DNA of 64,000 nt from Alphaproteobacteria bacterium. Lineage in GTDB: Bacteria > Pseudomonadota > Alphaproteobacteria > GCA-2746255. Under the pieces are notes generated by a model, which searched no databases, was not told the DNA's origin, and worked only from the letters and a program-made list of their open reading frames with translations. Positions 43,236 to 55,422 of this stretch are shown here, one piece after another; the first letter of the stretch is position 1, and the number at the start of each line of letters is the position of its first letter. The translations under genes and the position numbers were made by a program. The stretch is taken from assembly GCA_965249135.1 (NCBI GenBank), contig OZ252220.1, forward strand, positions 512,001-576,000, in the 5' to 3' direction.

Positions 43236-45166
43236 TAGCCCATCTTCCCGATCAGATACCAGGTGATCAGCGCCGCGACGCCGACCAGCATCGCAAAGGC
43301 ATAGTGATAGACGTAGCCGGTCTGTAAGCGGCTGGCGCGACGCGCCAGATTAAGGGTGGCCGCCGCCACGCCATCCGGACCGACGCCGTCGATCAGCGCA
43401 CCGTCGCCCTGTTTCCAGAACCCGCGACCAAGCCACTTCGCCGGGTTCACGAACATCCAGTCGTAAAGTTCGTCGAAGTACCACTTGTTGAGTAAGAAGA
43501 GGTAAAGCCGCCGCATCTTGTCGGCAAGCAAGCCCGGCAGCGACGGCATAAATAGGTAGAAGAGATAGGCAACCGCAATTCCGATCGCCCCCATGACGAC
43601 GGGCAACAGCTTCACCCATTCCGGCACGTGATGCGCATCGAAAATTGCCGAGTGCGTCGGCAACACGAGAATCGCATCGCGCCAGAAGGCCTCCATCCCA
43701 TGGCCGACGAAGTATTCGTAGCCGACATAGCCCGCGAAGATCGCGCCGAGCGCCAGCCCGATCAGCGGCAGCGTTATCACCTTCGGCGACTCGTGGACAT
43801 GGGCCATGACGTCTGCGTCCGCCCGCGGCTTCCCATGGAACGTCATCAGGATCAGCCGCCAGGAATAAAACGCGGTAAGCGCCGCAGCCCCCGCCCCCAG
43901 CCAGAAGGCGTATTGCCCGACTGCTGTGTGGGCGGCGTAAGCGGATTCGAGGATCATGTCCTTCGAGTAATAACCGGCAAAGAAGGGAACGCCGGCAAGC
44001 GCCAGACTGCCGATCCACATCAAGGCGTAGGTCAGCGGGATCTTCTTCCACACCCCGCCCATCTTGCGCATGTCCTGTTCGTTCGAAAATGCGTGAATGA
44101 CGGAGCCGGCCGCCAGGAACAAAAGCGCCTTGAAGAAGGCGTGGGTCATGAGGTGGAAGATCGACGCTGCGTAAGCGGAAACGCCGGCGGCAAAGAACAT
44201 GTAGCCCAACTGGCTGCAGGTCGAATAGGCGATCACGCGCTTGATGTCGTTTTGGACGAGGCCGACGGTCGCGGCAAAGAACGCCGTCGAGGCGCCGACG
44301 ATGGCGACGACGTTAAGGGCGAACGGCGCGTATTCGAAGATCGGCGAAAGGCGGACCACCATGAAGACGCCGGCCGTCACCATCGTCGCGGCATGGATGA
44401 GGGCGGAGACCGGGGTCGGGCCCTCCATCGCATCCGGCAGCCATGTGTGCAGCCCCAGCTGCGCGGATTTTCCCATGGCGCCGATAAACAGCAGCAGGCA
44501 AAGCACGGTGAGCGCATCGAAGTCGGCGCCCAGGAAATGAAGCAGCGTGCCGGCCTTGTCCGGCGCATCGGCAAAGATGACGTCCAGAAGCAGCGAATCG
44601 AAAAGGAAGAAAATGCCGAAAATGCCTAGACCGAAGCCGAAGTCGCCGACCCGGTTCACGAGAAAGGCCTTGATCGCGGCGGCGTTGGCGGCAGGCCGGT
44701 CGTACCAGAAACCGATCAAGAGATAGGAGGCAAGGCCCACCCCTTCCCAGCCGAAATAAAGCTGCACGAGATCGTTTGCCGAGACCAGCATCAGCATGAA
44801 GAAGGTGAACAGACTTAAATAAGACATGAAGCGGGGAACGGATGGGTCGCCCTGCATGTAACCGATCGAATAGATGTGCACCATCGCCGAGACGACGTTC
44901 ACGACGAGCACCATCACCGCCGTCAACGTATCGAATTTCAGCGCCCAGGCGACCTCGACCGCGCCGGATTCGATCCATGAAAAAACCTGGATGGTCTGCC
45001 CGTGGCCCTCGATGGCGACTTCCAGAAAGACCGGAATCGAAAGAACCGCCGCCAGCACCATGGCGCCGCAGGTCACCAACTGCGCCCCCCGATCGCCCAG
45101 CCAACGGCCGAACAAACCGGCGAGGATGGCGGCGACTAACGGAAGGAAGATGACGGCAGAATACAT
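43235..45166 (-). CDS. nuoL: NADH-quinone oxidoreductase subunit L
   Basis: [36 protein letters not shown]. Confidence 0.97.
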   Translation of the reverse strand: MYSAVIFLPLVAAILAGLFGRWLGDRGAQLVTCGAMVLAAVLSIPVFLEVAIEGHGQTIQVFSWIESGAVEVAWALKFDTLTAVMVLVVNVVSAMVHIYSIGYMQGDPSVPRFMSYLSLFTFFMLMLVSANDLVQLYFGWEGVGLASYLLIGFWYDRPAANAAAIKAFLVNRVGDFGFGLGIFGIFFLFDSLLLDVIFADAPDKAGTLLHFLGADFDALTVLCLLLFIGAMGKSAQLGLHTWLPDAMEGPTPVSALIHAATMVTAGVFMVVRLSPIFEYAPFALNVVAIVGASTAFFAATVGLVQNDIKRVIAYSTCSQLGYMFFAAGVSAYAASIFHLMTHAFFKALLFLAAGSVIHAFSNEQDMRKMGGVWKKIPLTYALMWIGSLALAGVPFFAGYYSKDMILESAYAAHTAVGQYAFWLGAGAAALTAFYSWRLILMTFHGKPRADADVMAHVHESPKVITLPLIGLALGAIFAGYVGYEYFVGHGMEAFWRDAILVLPTHSAIFDAHHVPEWVKLLPVVMGAIGIAVAYLFYLFMPSLPGLLADKMRRLYLFLLNKWYFDELYDWMFVNPAKWLGRGFWKQGDGALIDGVGPDGVAAATLNLARRASRLQTGYVYHYAFAMLVGVAALITWYLIGKMG

Positions 45167-45173
45167 GGCGCGC

Positions 45174-45485
45174 TCAACCCTTCATCAGGTTGACGTCTTC
45201 GACCGCGATCGACCCGCGGTTACGGAAATAAACGACGATGATGGCGAGTCCCACCGCGGCCTCTGCGGCCGCCACCGTCAACACGAACATCGCGAAGACC
45301 TGGCCCACCATGTCCTGCAGGTGCGCCGAGAACGAAACCAGGTTGATGTTCACCGCAAGCAGCATCAACTCGATCGACATCAGGATGATGATGACGTTCT
45401 TGCGGTTGAGAAAGATGCCGAGGACGCCCAGCGTAAACAGGATCGCGGCAACCGTTAGGTAGTGGGCAAGCCCGATCGTCAGCAT
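45174..45485 (-). CDS. nuoK: NADH-quinone oxidoreductase subunit K
   Basis: [19 protein letters not shown]. Confidence 0.97.
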   Translation of the reverse strand: MLTIGLAHYLTVAAILFTLGVLGIFLNRKNVIIILMSIELMLLAVNINLVSFSAHLQDMVGQVFAMFVLTVAAAEAAVGLAIIVVYFRNRGSIAVEDVNLMKG

Positions 45486-46093
45486 CAGACCCCGCTTCCC
45501 GGCGTTACTTTACGAATCGCAACGGCCTCTTCCCGCTTCCGTCCGATCTGATTGCCGGGCCGCTGTTTCCGAACGTCGGGGCGGACACGCAAGGTGAGCA
45601 CGATGGCGCCGATCATCGCCACCAGCAGGATGATGCCGGCCGTCTGGAAGAGATAGATGTACCGCGTATAAAGGATATCGCCCAGCGCTTCCGTGTTCGT
45701 TCGATCGCCGATCTCAGGCGTCGGCATGGCACCGCTCATCTCCGGCCCGAAGGCCCAGGTGCCGCCGACCAGCACGAGTTCCGCCAACAGCACGAGGCCG
45801 ATCAGGGCGCCTACGGGCAGGTATTGCAAGAAGCCCTGTCGAAGCTCGACAAAATTGATATTGAGCATCATGACGACGAACAGGAACAGGACGGCGATCG
45901 CGCCGACATAGACGACGATCAGGATCATCGCCAGAAACTCCGCGCCCAAGAGCACGAAAAGAGCGGCCCCATTGAAGAAGGCAAGGATCAGGAACAGCAC
46001 GGAATGAACCGGGTTGCGGGCGGCAATCACCATCACGCCGCCGGCCACCGCCACGGCAGAAAATGCATAAAAAGCAAGGGCTTGAAGGATCAT
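45485..46093 (-). CDS. nuoJ: NADH-quinone oxidoreductase subunit J
   Basis: [24 protein letters not shown]. Confidence 0.97.
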   Translation of the reverse strand: MILQALAFYAFSAVAVAGGVMVIAARNPVHSVLFLILAFFNGAALFVLLGAEFLAMILIVVYVGAIAVLFLFVVMMLNINFVELRQGFLQYLPVGALIGLVLLAELVLVGGTWAFGPEMSGAMPTPEIGDRTNTEALGDILYTRYIYLFQTAGIILLVAMIGAIVLTLRVRPDVRKQRPGNQIGRKREEAVAIRKVTPGSGV

Positions 46094-46109
46094 CTGCGTT
46101 CCGTTCTTC

Positions 46110-46598
46110 CTAGCGATACGGCGCGTCCGCGATCAGGCGCGCAGCCAGCTGGTCCTCCCAGCGATCTCCGTTCGCCATCAGTTTTTCCTTGTCGTAGAGA
46201 AGTTCGGCATGGGTCTCGGTGGCAAATTCATAGTTCGGCCCCTCGACGATTGCGTCCACCGGACAAGCCGCTTCGCAAAGTCCGCAATAGATGCATTTCG
46301 TCATGTCGATGTCGTAGCGCGTCGTCCGACGGCTTCCATCTTCACGGGGTTCGGCCTCGATCGTGATCGCCAGGGCGGGACAGATCGCTTCGCAAAGCTT
46401 GCACGCGATGCAACGCTCCTCGCCGTTCGGGTAACGACGCAGCGCATGTTCACCGCGAAAGCGTGGCGAAAGCGGACCTTTCTCGTAAGGATAGTTGATC
46501 GTTACCTTTCGCCGGAACATATAGCGAAGTGTCAGGCCAAGGCCTGCGAGAAGCTCGCCTAGGAATAAAGCGCGCGCCGCCTTATCGAGCATGGCCAT
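46110..46598 (-). CDS. nuoI: NADH-quinone oxidoreductase subunit I
   Basis: Two CxxCxxCxxxCP motifs; RFRGEH. Confidence 0.97.
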   Translation of the reverse strand: MAMLDKAARALFLGELLAGLGLTLRYMFRRKVTINYPYEKGPLSPRFRGEHALRRYPNGEERCIACKLCEAICPALAITIEAEPREDGSRRTTRYDIDMTKCIYCGLCEAACPVDAIVEGPNYEFATETHAELLYDKEKLMANGDRWEDQLAARLIADAPYR

Positions 46599-46613
46599 GA
46601 TCCATCCTCCGGT

Positions 46614-47624
46614 TTAGTTCGGCACCCAGCCGAACGCCTGCAGAACGCCAGCCGTCACGACGACCCAGAGAAGCGAAAAAGGAAGAAAAACCTTCCAGCC
46701 CAGTCGCATGAGTTGATCGTAGCGATAACGTGGGAAGGTCGCGCGAACCCACAGGAAACAGAAAAGAACGAAGCTGAGTTTGAGAACAAACCAGATCGGT
46801 CCCGGAATCCAATTGAAAGGCGCCGCATCAACCGGTGGCAACCAGCCGCCCAGGAACAGCACCGTCGTCATCCCGCTCATCAAGATCATGTTCGCGTACT
46901 CACCAAGGAAGAAGAGCGCGAACGCCATCGCTGAATATTCGACGTTGTACCCTGACACCAACTCGGATTCCGCCTCCGGTAGATCGAAGGGAGCGCGGTT
47001 CGTTTCCGCCAGCGCGGAAATGAAAAAGATGACGAACATCGGCAGAAGCGGCAGCACAAACCAGACGTTCTTTTGCGCAAGCACGATTTCAGAAAGGTTC
47101 AGCGAGCCGGCACAAAGCAGCACCGTAACCAGCACGAAGCCGATCGAAACTTCGTAAGAAACCATTTGCGCCGCCGAACGCAGCGCGCCCAGAAAGGCGT
47201 ATTTCGAATTGCTCGCCCAGCCGGCCATGATGACCCCGTAAACGCCAAGGGACGAAATCGCGAATAGGTACAGGATCCCGACATTGATGTTGGAAAGCAC
47301 GATCCCCTCACCGAAGGGGATCACCGCCCAGGCAACCAGGCTTAGAAGGAAAGTCAGCATGGGCGCCAATAGGAAGACCACCTTGTTCGCCCGGCTGGGC
47401 AGGATGGTTTCCTTGACCAGCAGCTTCAGGCCATCCGCGATCGGTTGCAGAAGCCCGAAGGGCCCAACGACGTTCGGGCCTTTTCGAAGCTGCATCGCGG
47501 CAATGACCTTGCGCTCCGCGTAGGTGAGATAGGCGACCGCCACCAGCAGCGGGACGATGATGGCGACGATCTGGGCGACGATGATCGTGCCCGGCCAGAG
47601 ATAGTCGCTCCACAGTTCAACCAT
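46614..47624 (-). CDS. nuoH: NADH-quinone oxidoreductase subunit H
   Basis: [32 protein letters not shown]. Confidence 0.97.
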   Translation of the reverse strand: MVELWSDYLWPGTIIVAQIVAIIVPLLVAVAYLTYAERKVIAAMQLRKGPNVVGPFGLLQPIADGLKLLVKETILPSRANKVVFLLAPMLTFLLSLVAWAVIPFGEGIVLSNINVGILYLFAISSLGVYGVIMAGWASNSKYAFLGALRSAAQMVSYEVSIGFVLVTVLLCAGSLNLSEIVLAQKNVWFVLPLLPMFVIFFISALAETNRAPFDLPEAESELVSGYNVEYSAMAFALFFLGEYANMILMSGMTTVLFLGGWLPPVDAAPFNWIPGPIWFVLKLSFVLFCFLWVRATFPRYRYDQLMRLGWKVFLPFSLLWVVVTAGVLQAFGWVPN

Positions 47625-49680
47625 CGGTGCCGGTTTTTCCTTTAAGGGGTTGAACGAAGGCCTCCGTACAGGCGGCCATGGTGGGCGAGACGCGGCTGAT
47701 GGGATCCGTCATGTAGAAGTTGGCGATCGGATAGACGAGGCTCGCGTCCTTCACCGCACCGGACGCGCCGAATTTGCCCCAGGGGGCGCGTTCGACGACG
47801 TCTTCCGTCGCAAAATGTGCATTGACGCTGGTCAAACGTTCGCGGACCTGGGCCAAGCTGTCATAGGGAAGCGTCTTGCCGAGAGCGGCGGAAAGGGCGC
47901 GCAGGATCGCCCAGTCTTCCCGCGCATCCCCCGGCGGGAAAACCGCAAGGTTCGTCCGTTGTACGCGGCCTTCCAGGTTCACATAGGTGGCGTTCTTTTC
48001 CGTATAGGCGGCCCCTGGCAGAATGACGTCGGCGCGGTTGGCGCCCGCATCCCCGTGATGGCCCTGATAGATGACGAAGGCGCTTCCCAGCCGGCCCATG
48101 TCGATTTCATCGGCGCCAAGCAGGTAGACCATTTCGATCTCGCCCTTGCCAGCCCCTTCGAGGATGGCGTTCGCGTCACGGCCCCCCTTCCCCGGCGCAA
48201 AACCAAGATCGAGCCCGCCGACGCGCGAGGCGGCAAGGATAAGCACGTTAAAGCCATTCCATTCCTTGCTCACCATGCCGGCCGCCTCGGCAAGCCCGCG
48301 GGCCAGACCCAAGATCGCCGCCCCGTCGGCCCGCGCAAGCGCGCCCTCGCCCAGGATCAGCATCGCGCGTTCGGCTTTTTGCAACACGTCCGCAAAGGCA
48401 TGCTTACCGGAGACCAAGTCTTGCAACACCTTGGGCGAGTTGCCCAACGCCTCAACCGGATAGGTAAGGTCAAGCGCAGGCCCGATGGCGGCGATCTGAA
48501 AGCCGCCCATCCGATGACGCTTGCGAAGCCGCGTGTTCACCAGCGCCGCTTCCCAGCGCGGATTCGTGCCGATGAGAAGGCAGGCATCCGCCGCCTCGAT
48601 GCCGGCGATCGTCGTGTTGAAGCGATAGCTCGAAGGCTGCTCCGGATCCACCGCAGCACCCCCTTGCCGGCAATCGAGATGGGGCGTGCCCAAGCCCGTC
48701 ATCAGGTCTTTCAGCGCCACCATCGATTCGCAATCCGCAAGATCGCCGGCAATCGCGGCGATTGCGCCTTCGGAAAGCCCCTTCAGCCGGCTCGCGATGG
48801 CGGCAAACGCCGCCTCCCAGGTGGCAGGCTCGAGCTTGCCGTTGCGCCGGACGTAAGGTTGATCCAGGCGTTGGTGTTTCAGCCCGTCGCAGGCGTGCCG
48901 CGTCTTGTCGTTGATCCACTCTTCGTTTACGTCCTCGTTCAGCCTGGGCAGGATGCGCATGACCTCCTTGCCGCGGGCATCGACGCGGATCGCACTTCCC
49001 ACTGCATCGAGGACGTCGATCGATTCGGTCTTGCAAAGCTCCCACGAGCGCGCCGTAAAGGCATAGGGCTTCGAAGTCAGCGCGCCGACCGGGCAAAGAT
49101 CGACAAGATTGCCCGAGACTTCCGTATTCACCGTCTGTTCGACATAGGTGTCGATTTCCATGTCCTCGCCGCGTCCCGTAGCCCCAAGCACGTAAACGCC
49201 TGCGATTTCCTCGGCGAAACGGATGCAGCGCGTACAATGGATGCAGCGCGTCATGATTGTCTTAATGAGGGGGCCAAGCTCCTTGTCCTCGACCGCCCGC
49301 TTGTTTTCTTCGAAACGGCTGCGATCGAATCCATAGGCCATCGCCTGGTCCTGCAGATCGCACTCGCCACCTTGGTCGCAGATCGGGCAATCCAGCGGGT
49401 GGTTGATGAGAAGGAACTCCATGACGCCTTTGCGCGCCTTCTCGACCATCGGCGTGTTCGTATGAATCACCATGCCCTCGGCGACCGGCATCGCGCAGGA
49501 CGCAATCGGCTTTGGCGAACGTTCCATCTCGACGAGGCACATCCGGCAGTTGCCGGCGATCGAGAGCCGCTCGTGGTAGCAGAAGTGCGGAATTTCTATT
49601 CCCGCCTCCTCGCAGGCCTGAAGGACCGTAATCCCTGGCTCGACCTCGATTTCCTGGCCGTTGATCGTCATCTTCGGCAT
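47617..49680 (-). CDS. nuoG: NADH-quinone oxidoreductase subunit G
   Basis: [32 protein letters not shown]. Confidence 0.97.
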   Translation of the reverse strand: MPKMTINGQEIEVEPGITVLQACEEAGIEIPHFCYHERLSIAGNCRMCLVEMERSPKPIASCAMPVAEGMVIHTNTPMVEKARKGVMEFLLINHPLDCPICDQGGECDLQDQAMAYGFDRSRFEENKRAVEDKELGPLIKTIMTRCIHCTRCIRFAEEIAGVYVLGATGRGEDMEIDTYVEQTVNTEVSGNLVDLCPVGALTSKPYAFTARSWELCKTESIDVLDAVGSAIRVDARGKEVMRILPRLNEDVNEEWINDKTRHACDGLKHQRLDQPYVRRNGKLEPATWEAAFAAIASRLKGLSEGAIAAIAGDLADCESMVALKDLMTGLGTPHLDCRQGGAAVDPEQPSSYRFNTTIAGIEAADACLLIGTNPRWEAALVNTRLRKRHRMGGFQIAAIGPALDLTYPVEALGNSPKVLQDLVSGKHAFADVLQKAERAMLILGEGALARADGAAILGLARGLAEAAGMVSKEWNGFNVLILAASRVGGLDLGFAPGKGGRDANAILEGAGKGEIEMVYLLGADEIDMGRLGSAFVIYQGHHGDAGANRADVILPGAAYTEKNATYVNLEGRVQRTNLAVFPPGDAREDWAILRALSAALGKTLPYDSLAQVRERLTSVNAHFATEDVVERAPWGKFGASGAVKDASLVYPIANFYMTDPISRVSPTMAACTEAFVQPLKGKTGTDG

Positions 49681-49690
49681 GGTGGTTCCT

Positions 49691-50980
49691 TTACGCGGCC
49701 TCCGTGTCGCCGCTTACTTGACGCTTGAGGATTCGGCGTTCGAGTTCGGGCCGGAAATGGCGGATCAGACCCTGGATCGGCCAAGCCGCGGCATCGCCGA
49801 GCGCGCAGATCGTGTGCCCTTCGACCTCGTAGGTCACCTCTTCCAGCATGTCGATCTCGTCGACATGGGCCTCGCCTTTGACGAGGCGTTCCATGACACG
49901 CCACATCCACCCGGTGCCCTCGCGGCATGGCGTGCACTGGCCGCAGCTTTCGTGCTTGTAGAACTGCGCGAGCCTGGCGATTGCCTTCACGATGTCCGTC
50001 GATTTGTCCATCACGATGACGGCCGCCGTGCCAAGCCCCGACTTCACCTCTTGCAGGCTGTCAAAATCCATCAGCACGGTGTCGCAGATCGACTTCGGAA
50101 TGACCGGCACAGAAGACCCGCCCGGAATGACCGCAAGCAGGTTGTCCCAGCCCCCTCGGACGCCGCCCGCATGGGTTTCGATGAGCTCGCGAAGGGGGAT
50201 CCCCATCGCCTCCTCGACGAGACAAGGTTCGTTCACGTGGCCGGAGATGCAGAAGAGCTTCGTGCCGGTGTTGTTCTCTCGGCCGATGCCGGCGAACCAT
50301 TCGGGGCCACGCCTTAAGATTTCGGGTGCTACGGCAATCGTCTCGACGTTGTTCACGGTGGTCGGGCAACCATAAAGCCCGGCATTCGCCGGGAATGGAG
50401 GCTTCAGGCGCGGCTGGCCTTTCTTGCCCTCGAGGCTTTCCAGAAGCCCCGTCTCCTCGCCGCAGATGTAGGCGCCAGAGCCGCGGTGGAGGTAAATGTC
50501 GAAATCCCAACCGGACTTGCAGGCGTTCGGGCCGATGAGGCCCGCCTCATAGGCCTCCTCGATGGCGGTCTGCAGGCGTTCCGCCTCGCGAAAGAATTCG
50601 CCGCGAATGTAGATGTAGCAGGCATGTGCCGCCATCGCGAAGCCGGCCACCAGGCAGCCTTCCAAAAGCTTGTGCGGATCGTTCCGCATGATGTCGCGGT
50701 CCTTGCAGGTGCCAGGCTCGCTTTCGTCGGCATTGACGACGAGATAGTGCGGCTTCGCGCCCACCTCCTTCGGCATGAAGGACCATTTTAGGCCGGCGCC
50801 GAAGCCGGCGCCGCCACGGCCGCGAAGGCCCGAGTCCTTCACGGCCTCGATGATCCCATCGCGGCCTTTCTCCAGCAGCGTCTTCGTGTTCTGCCAGTCG
50901 CCGCGCGCAAGCGCACCCTTAAGGCCCGGATCTTCCTGGCCGTAAAGATTCGTAAAGATCCGGTCTTTATCGCGAAGCAT
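49691..50980 (-). CDS. nuoF: NADH-quinone oxidoreductase subunit F
   Basis: [33 protein letters not shown]. Confidence 0.97.
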   Translation of the reverse strand: MLRDKDRIFTNLYGQEDPGLKGALARGDWQNTKTLLEKGRDGIIEAVKDSGLRGRGGAGFGAGLKWSFMPKEVGAKPHYLVVNADESEPGTCKDRDIMRNDPHKLLEGCLVAGFAMAAHACYIYIRGEFFREAERLQTAIEEAYEAGLIGPNACKSGWDFDIYLHRGSGAYICGEETGLLESLEGKKGQPRLKPPFPANAGLYGCPTTVNNVETIAVAPEILRRGPEWFAGIGRENNTGTKLFCISGHVNEPCLVEEAMGIPLRELIETHAGGVRGGWDNLLAVIPGGSSVPVIPKSICDTVLMDFDSLQEVKSGLGTAAVIVMDKSTDIVKAIARLAQFYKHESCGQCTPCREGTGWMWRVMERLVKGEAHVDEIDMLEEVTYEVEGHTICALGDAAAWPIQGLIRHFRPELERRILKRQVSGDTEAA

Positions 50981-51603
50981 CAGGTTTTTCCTTTCCCGGA
51001 CGCGAGTGCAAGCAGCGTCTTTGGACCCGATTGGGGCGCACCGCACAGCCGTCCGGCCAGGGAGCCGGACCTTGGCTTCTCGCCGCGGCGCAAGGCCTCA
51101 AGAAGTGTCTTCGTGGAATCGAAATCCAGGTCTTCGTAATAGTCGTCGTTGATCTGGATCATCGGTGCGTTCACGCAGGCACCGAGGCATTCGACTTCCG
51201 TGACGGTGAATTTCCCATCCTGTGTCGTCTCACCGGGGCCGATCCCAACCGTTTCCTTTACGGCACGGATTACCTCGTCCGAACCGCGCAGCCAGCAGGG
51301 CGTCGTCGTGCAGATCTGCACGAAATGTTCACCGACGGGCTTCAGGTTGAACATCGTGTAGAAGGTGGCGACCTCGTAGACGCGGATCGGTGGCATGGAA
51401 AGCACGCCCGCCACGTGATCCATCGCGGCGCGCGGCAGCCAACCACCGCATTCGCGCTGGGCAAGGTCGAGCAAGGGCAGCACCGCGCTTGCCTGGCGCC
51501 CTTCCGGGTACTTGGCGATGATCGTTTCGATCCTGGCCTGGTTCTCGGCCGAGAAGGTGAAACTGTCCAGTCCCGCGGCTGCCTTTTTCGAAGGCCCGCT
51601 CAT
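50980..51603 (-). CDS. nuoE: NADH-quinone oxidoreductase subunit E
   Basis: [20 protein letters not shown]; ATG at 51603 overlaps the nuoD stop. Confidence 0.96.
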   Translation of the reverse strand: MSGPSKKAAAGLDSFTFSAENQARIETIIAKYPEGRQASAVLPLLDLAQRECGGWLPRAAMDHVAGVLSMPPIRVYEVATFYTMFNLKPVGEHFVQICTTTPCWLRGSDEVIRAVKETVGIGPGETTQDGKFTVTEVECLGACVNAPMIQINDDYYEDLDFDSTKTLLEALRRGEKPRSGSLAGRLCGAPQSGPKTLLALASGKGKT

Positions 51604-52778
51604 CGGTCCACCTCGCCGAAAACGATGTCGAGGCTGCCGATGATCGCGCTTACATCGGCCAGCATGTGCCCCCTGCTCATCATGTCGAGGCCCTGCAGAT
51701 GGGCAAACCCAGGGGCGCGTATCTTGCAGCGATAGGGCTGGTTCGTGCCGTCCGCGACGAGGTAGACTCCGAACTCGCCTTTCGGTGCCTCGACGACGGT
51801 GTAGGTTTCGCCGGCCGGCACGTGGTAGCCCTCGGTGTAGAGCTTGAAGTGATGGATGAGCGCCTCCATCGAACGCTTCATCTCGGAGCGTGACGGCGGG
51901 TTGATCTTCGCGTTCGTATCGTGGACCGGCCCTTCCGGCATTTGCTCGAGGCATTGCCGCATGATGCGCAGGCTTTGCCGTACTTCCTCGACGCGCACCA
52001 GGTAGCGGCTGTAGCAATCGCCGCCTAAGCCCACGGGCACGTCGAAATCCATGTCGGCATAAACGTCATAGGGCTGCGCCTTGCGAAGGTCCCAGGCGAC
52101 GTTCGATGCACGCAGTATCGGCCCCGTAAAACCCCAGTCCAGCGCCTGCTCCGCCGTCACGATCCCGATGTCGACCGTGCGCTGTTTGAAGATGCGGTTT
52201 TCCGTCAGCAGCGACTCGATATCGTCGAGGACCTTGGGAAAGCGCTCCATAAACGCGTAAATGTCCTCATCCAGGCCGATCGGCATGTCGCGCTCGACGC
52301 CGCCGGGCCGGAAATAGGCGGCATGGAGCCGTGCACCGGAAACGCGCTCATAGAACTCCATCAGAATCTCGCGCTCTTCGAAGGCCCACAGGAACGGTGT
52401 CATCGCACCGACGTCGAGCGCAAAGGCGGTCACGTTCAGCAGGTGATTCAAGATGCGCGAGATCTCGGCGAACAGCACGCGGATGTACTGGCCGCGGATC
52501 GGCGCCTCGATCTCAAGCAGCTTCTCGACCGCCAGCGCGAAGGCATGTTCCTGGGACATGGGCGCGACGTAATCGAGGCGATCGAAATACGGCACGGCCT
52601 GCAAATAGGTTTTGTATTCGATGAGCTTTTCCGTTCCCCGGTGCAAAAGCCCGATGTGGGGGTCCGCCCGGTCGACGATCTCGCCATCGAGCTCGAGCAC
52701 GAGGCGAAGGACGCCGTGCGCGGCTGGATGCTGCGGTCCGAAATTGATCGTGTAGTTCTGAATCCGCGCTTCTGCCAT
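51600..52778 (-). CDS. nuoD: NADH-quinone oxidoreductase subunit D
   Basis: [25 protein letters not shown] terminus. Confidence 0.98.
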   Translation of the reverse strand: MAEARIQNYTINFGPQHPAAHGVLRLVLELDGEIVDRADPHIGLLHRGTEKLIEYKTYLQAVPYFDRLDYVAPMSQEHAFALAVEKLLEIEAPIRGQYIRVLFAEISRILNHLLNVTAFALDVGAMTPFLWAFEEREILMEFYERVSGARLHAAYFRPGGVERDMPIGLDEDIYAFMERFPKVLDDIESLLTENRIFKQRTVDIGIVTAEQALDWGFTGPILRASNVAWDLRKAQPYDVYADMDFDVPVGLGGDCYSRYLVRVEEVRQSLRIMRQCLEQMPEGPVHDTNAKINPPSRSEMKRSMEALIHHFKLYTEGYHVPAGETYTVVEAPKGEFGVYLVADGTNQPYRCKIRAPGFAHLQGLDMMSRGHMLADVSAIIGSLDIVFGEVDR

Positions 52779-53401
52779 CACTCGCCCTTCTTGCCGGCTT
52801 CCGGGTCTGCCTTCTCATCGCCGGGCAGTAGAATTTCGGTGCCTTCCCACGGGGACATGAAATCGAAGGTGCGAAATTCCTGGGTCAGTTTGACGGGTTC
52901 ATAAACGACGCGTTTCTGATCCTCGTCGTAGCGCAACTCGACGAAGCCGGTGAGCGGGAAGTCCTTGCGCAGCGGGTGGCCTTCGAATCCATAGTCCGTG
53001 AGGATCCGGCGCAGGTCTGGATGACCGGAAAAGAAGATGCCGTAGAGGTCCCAGGCCTCCCGTTCCCACCAGTTGGCCGAATGGAACACATCGACGACGG
53101 AGGGAACGGGCTCTTCCTCTCCTACCGCGGCCTTCACGCGAATGCGCTGGTTTTGCGAGAGACTGAGCAGGTTGTAGACCACCTCGAAACGCTTCTCGCG
53201 TTCCGGATAGTCGACGCCGCAAAGGTCGACCAGCTGCTTGAACTGGCAGTTCGCGTCGTCCCGAAGGAAGGTCAGGACCTTCACGATCGATGACGGTGCC
53301 GCGGTCAGCACGAGCTCGTGATGGGCGATGGTCACTTCAACGATATCCTCAGGTAACGCAGCCTGAATGGTCTCGCCAAGTTCTTTGAGTGCCTCGTCCA
53401 T
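52778..53401 (-). CDS. nuoC: NADH-quinone oxidoreductase subunit C
   Basis: [32 protein letters not shown]. Confidence 0.97.
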   Translation of the reverse strand: MDEALKELGETIQAALPEDIVEVTIAHHELVLTAAPSSIVKVLTFLRDDANCQFKQLVDLCGVDYPEREKRFEVVYNLLSLSQNQRIRVKAAVGEEEPVPSVVDVFHSANWWEREAWDLYGIFFSGHPDLRRILTDYGFEGHPLRKDFPLTGFVELRYDEDQKRVVYEPVKLTQEFRTFDFMSPWEGTEILLPGDEKADPEAGKKGE

Positions 53402-53421
53402 GTCTGACAGATGCGTCCCGA

Positions 53422-53979
53422 TTAGCGAGCGATGGTTCCGGTCCGACGGATCTTCTTCTGAAGCTGCAGCACGCCGTAAAGCAGCGCTTCCGCCGTCGGT
53501 GGACAGCCCGGAACGTAAATGTCGACCGGTACGATTCGATCGCAGCCGCGAACGACGGAATAGGAATAATGGTAGTAGCCGCCGCCATTAGCACAGGACC
53601 CCATCGAGATGACCCAGCGCGGCTCCGCCATCTGGTCGTAAACCTTGCGAAGTGCCGGCGCCATCTTGTTGACGAGGGTACCGGCCACGATCATGACGTC
53701 CGATTGACGTGGGCTCGGCCGGAAGACGACGCCGAAGCGGTCGAGGTCATAACGGCTGCAGGCGCTATGCATCATTTCGACCGCACAGCAGGCGAGCCCG
53801 AATGTCATGGGCCAGAGAGAGCCCGCACGCGCCCAATTAAAAAGCTTATCGGCTTGGGCAATGACGAAACCGCGATCGTCGAGTTCCTGGGTGGCGCGCT
53901 TCAGGATTCCATCCTGTTCCGCCCCCGGCGGAACGGAGCGCGCGAAGAGATCCGCCGGATCGCTGGTGCTCATTCCCAT
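53422..53979 (-). CDS. nuoB: NADH-quinone oxidoreductase subunit B
   Basis: [27 protein letters not shown]. Confidence 0.97.
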   Translation of the reverse strand: MGMSTSDPADLFARSVPPGAEQDGILKRATQELDDRGFVIAQADKLFNWARAGSLWPMTFGLACCAVEMMHSACSRYDLDRFGVVFRPSPRQSDVMIVAGTLVNKMAPALRKVYDQMAEPRWVISMGSCANGGGYYHYSYSVVRGCDRIVPVDIYVPGCPPTAEALLYGVLQLQKKIRRTGTIAR

Positions 53980-54335
53980 TCCAAACCACCCTTCCGCCAT
54001 TCGTAAATGAAGCCTACGGTCAGGATGCCGAGGAAGATCATCATCGACCAGAAACCGAACGCGCCGATCTTCCCAAGACTCACCGCCCACGGAAAGAGGA
54101 ATGCCACCTCAAGGTCGAAGATGATGAAAAGAATGGCGACAAGGTAGAAACGGACGTCGAATTTATCGCGTGCGTCTTCGAAGGGCGCAAAGCCGCACTC
54201 ATAGGCCGAAAGTTTCTCCGAATCTGGATGCTGGGAGGCAAGAACGTAGGAAGCAAGCAGTGCAACCGCCGCGATCCCCCCGGCAATGCCGAGGAACAAC
54301 AGGATGGGAAGGTACTCTTGAAGCAATGCTTCCAT
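53970..54335 (-). CDS. nuoA: NADH-quinone oxidoreductase subunit A
   Basis: [22 protein letters not shown]. Confidence 0.97.
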   Translation of the reverse strand: MEALLQEYLPILLFLGIAGGIAAVALLASYVLASQHPDSEKLSAYECGFAPFEDARDKFDVRFYLVAILFIIFDLEVAFLFPWAVSLGKIGAFGFWSMMIFLGILTVGFIYEWRKGGLEWE

Positions 54336-54649
54336 TCGAACCGTTTCCGCCTGACTTGGCGCATGTGCCCGGACGGGCCTGCGCTTTTGAGATCCCCTTG
54401 CCGATTATCCGGCCGATTTATTAACCACCAATTTATCAAAGCCACAATCAGAGCTGAAACCCTTGGCTTGCTTGGCCTTGGCAAGGGCCGCCGAGTATAG
54501 CGGCCGCTTGGGGCGGAAAAAAGGGCGTTTGACCGCCGGGGGGGGCATGATTTTGCCTCAGAACACTCGATGGCAGGGTCCAAGACCGTGGCTCGGGCCT
54601 TGAACCTTCGCAACGCTCCCCGAACACGCATGGGCAGGGTGTCAAGGGG

Positions 54650-54727
54650 TGGCGGGAGTGACGGGACTCGAACCCGCGACCTCCGGCGTGACAGGCCGGC
54701 GCTCTAAACCAACTGAGCTACACCCCC
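54650..54727 (-). tRNA. tRNA-Asp (GTC)
   Basis: GGGGGTGTAGCTCAG..CCGGCCTGTCACGCCGG..GGTTCGAGTCCC..CCA. Confidence 0.96.
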
Positions 54728-54802
54728 CTATTTGCGAAGGCGGCCTCCTTACTCCTTCCACCTTCCGAGTGTCAAGCAGATGGGGAAACTCCGCGGGGTC
54801 CA

Positions 54803-54878
54803 TGGTGGGCGATGACGGGATCGAACCGCCGACCTTCTCGGTGTAAACGAGACGCTCTCCCAACTGAGCTAATCGCCC
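54803..54878 (-). tRNA. tRNA-Val (TAC)
   Basis: GGGCGATTAGCTCAG..CTCGTTTACACCGAG..GGTTCGATCCC..CCA. Confidence 0.96.
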
Positions 54879-54924
54879 AGGAAAGGATTTGGGCCCTTTT
54901 TCAACTTCCCTCAAGCCAGAAACA

Positions 54925-54955
54925 ATGTCGGCCGCCTGATAAAGGCGGCCGACAT
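54925..54955 (-). terminator. Putative intrinsic terminator after the HU gene
   Basis: 13-bp inverted repeat ATGTCGGCCGCCT/AGGCGGCCGACAT followed by TGTTTCT on the minus strand. Confidence 0.7.
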
Positions 54956-54997
54956 CCTAGAATTCCTTGTGAAGGACCCGCCAAAAGCGGTGTCAGT

Positions 54998-55273
54998 TCA
55001 ACGATTTACCGATTCTTTCAAGCCCTTGCCGGCCTTGAACTTTGGCTGCTTCGACGCAGGAATGTCGATCGCTTCACCGGTACGCGGATTCCGGCCCTTC
55101 GAAGCCGCACGATTCGCGACGCTGAAGGTGCCAAACCCAACCAGACGCACTTCGTTACCCTGCGTTAAGCTGTTTGAGATGATATCGAATACGCTTTCAA
55201 CCGCACGCGCACTATCCGCCTTCGACAAACCAGCTTTGCCTGAAACTGCAGCCACAAGATCGTTCTTATTCAC
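54998..55273 (-). CDS. hup: DNA-binding protein HU
   Basis: (M)NKNDL..GFGTF..GRNPRTGE..PKFKAGKGLK; GTG start; downstream of lon. Confidence 0.96.
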   Translation of the reverse strand: MNKNDLVAAVSGKAGLSKADSARAVESVFDIISNSLTQGNEVRLVGFGTFSVANRAASKGRNPRTGEAIDIPASKQPKFKAGKGLKESVNR

Positions 55274-55331
55274 GTCCACGCCCCCTTTGTAAGAATGAGA
55301 TGGGCATCCCAATGGTGATTGATCGAGCATG

Positions 55332-55360
55332 AGTCTATGGCGCACCGAGAGGCGCGTCAA
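55332..55360 (-). promoter_or_regulatory. Sigma70 promoter of the HU gene
   Basis: TTGACG-17 bp-TAGACT. Confidence 0.65.
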
Positions 55361-55422
55361 TGCAGGAAACGCCATTTTCTGCGGTTTTTCGAGGGTTTGA
55401 CGCGTGTGGGCGGCGGGGCGAG

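Noticed and set aside
47650-49728. 692-aa plus-strand ORF, and similar long antisense ORFs (e.g. 30190-31797, 32686-33981, 42129-43238, 55837-56943)
   Set aside because: Shadow frames opposite nuoG, dnaE, lolC/E, nuoM and lon, expected from high-GC codon bias; no recognisable motifs.
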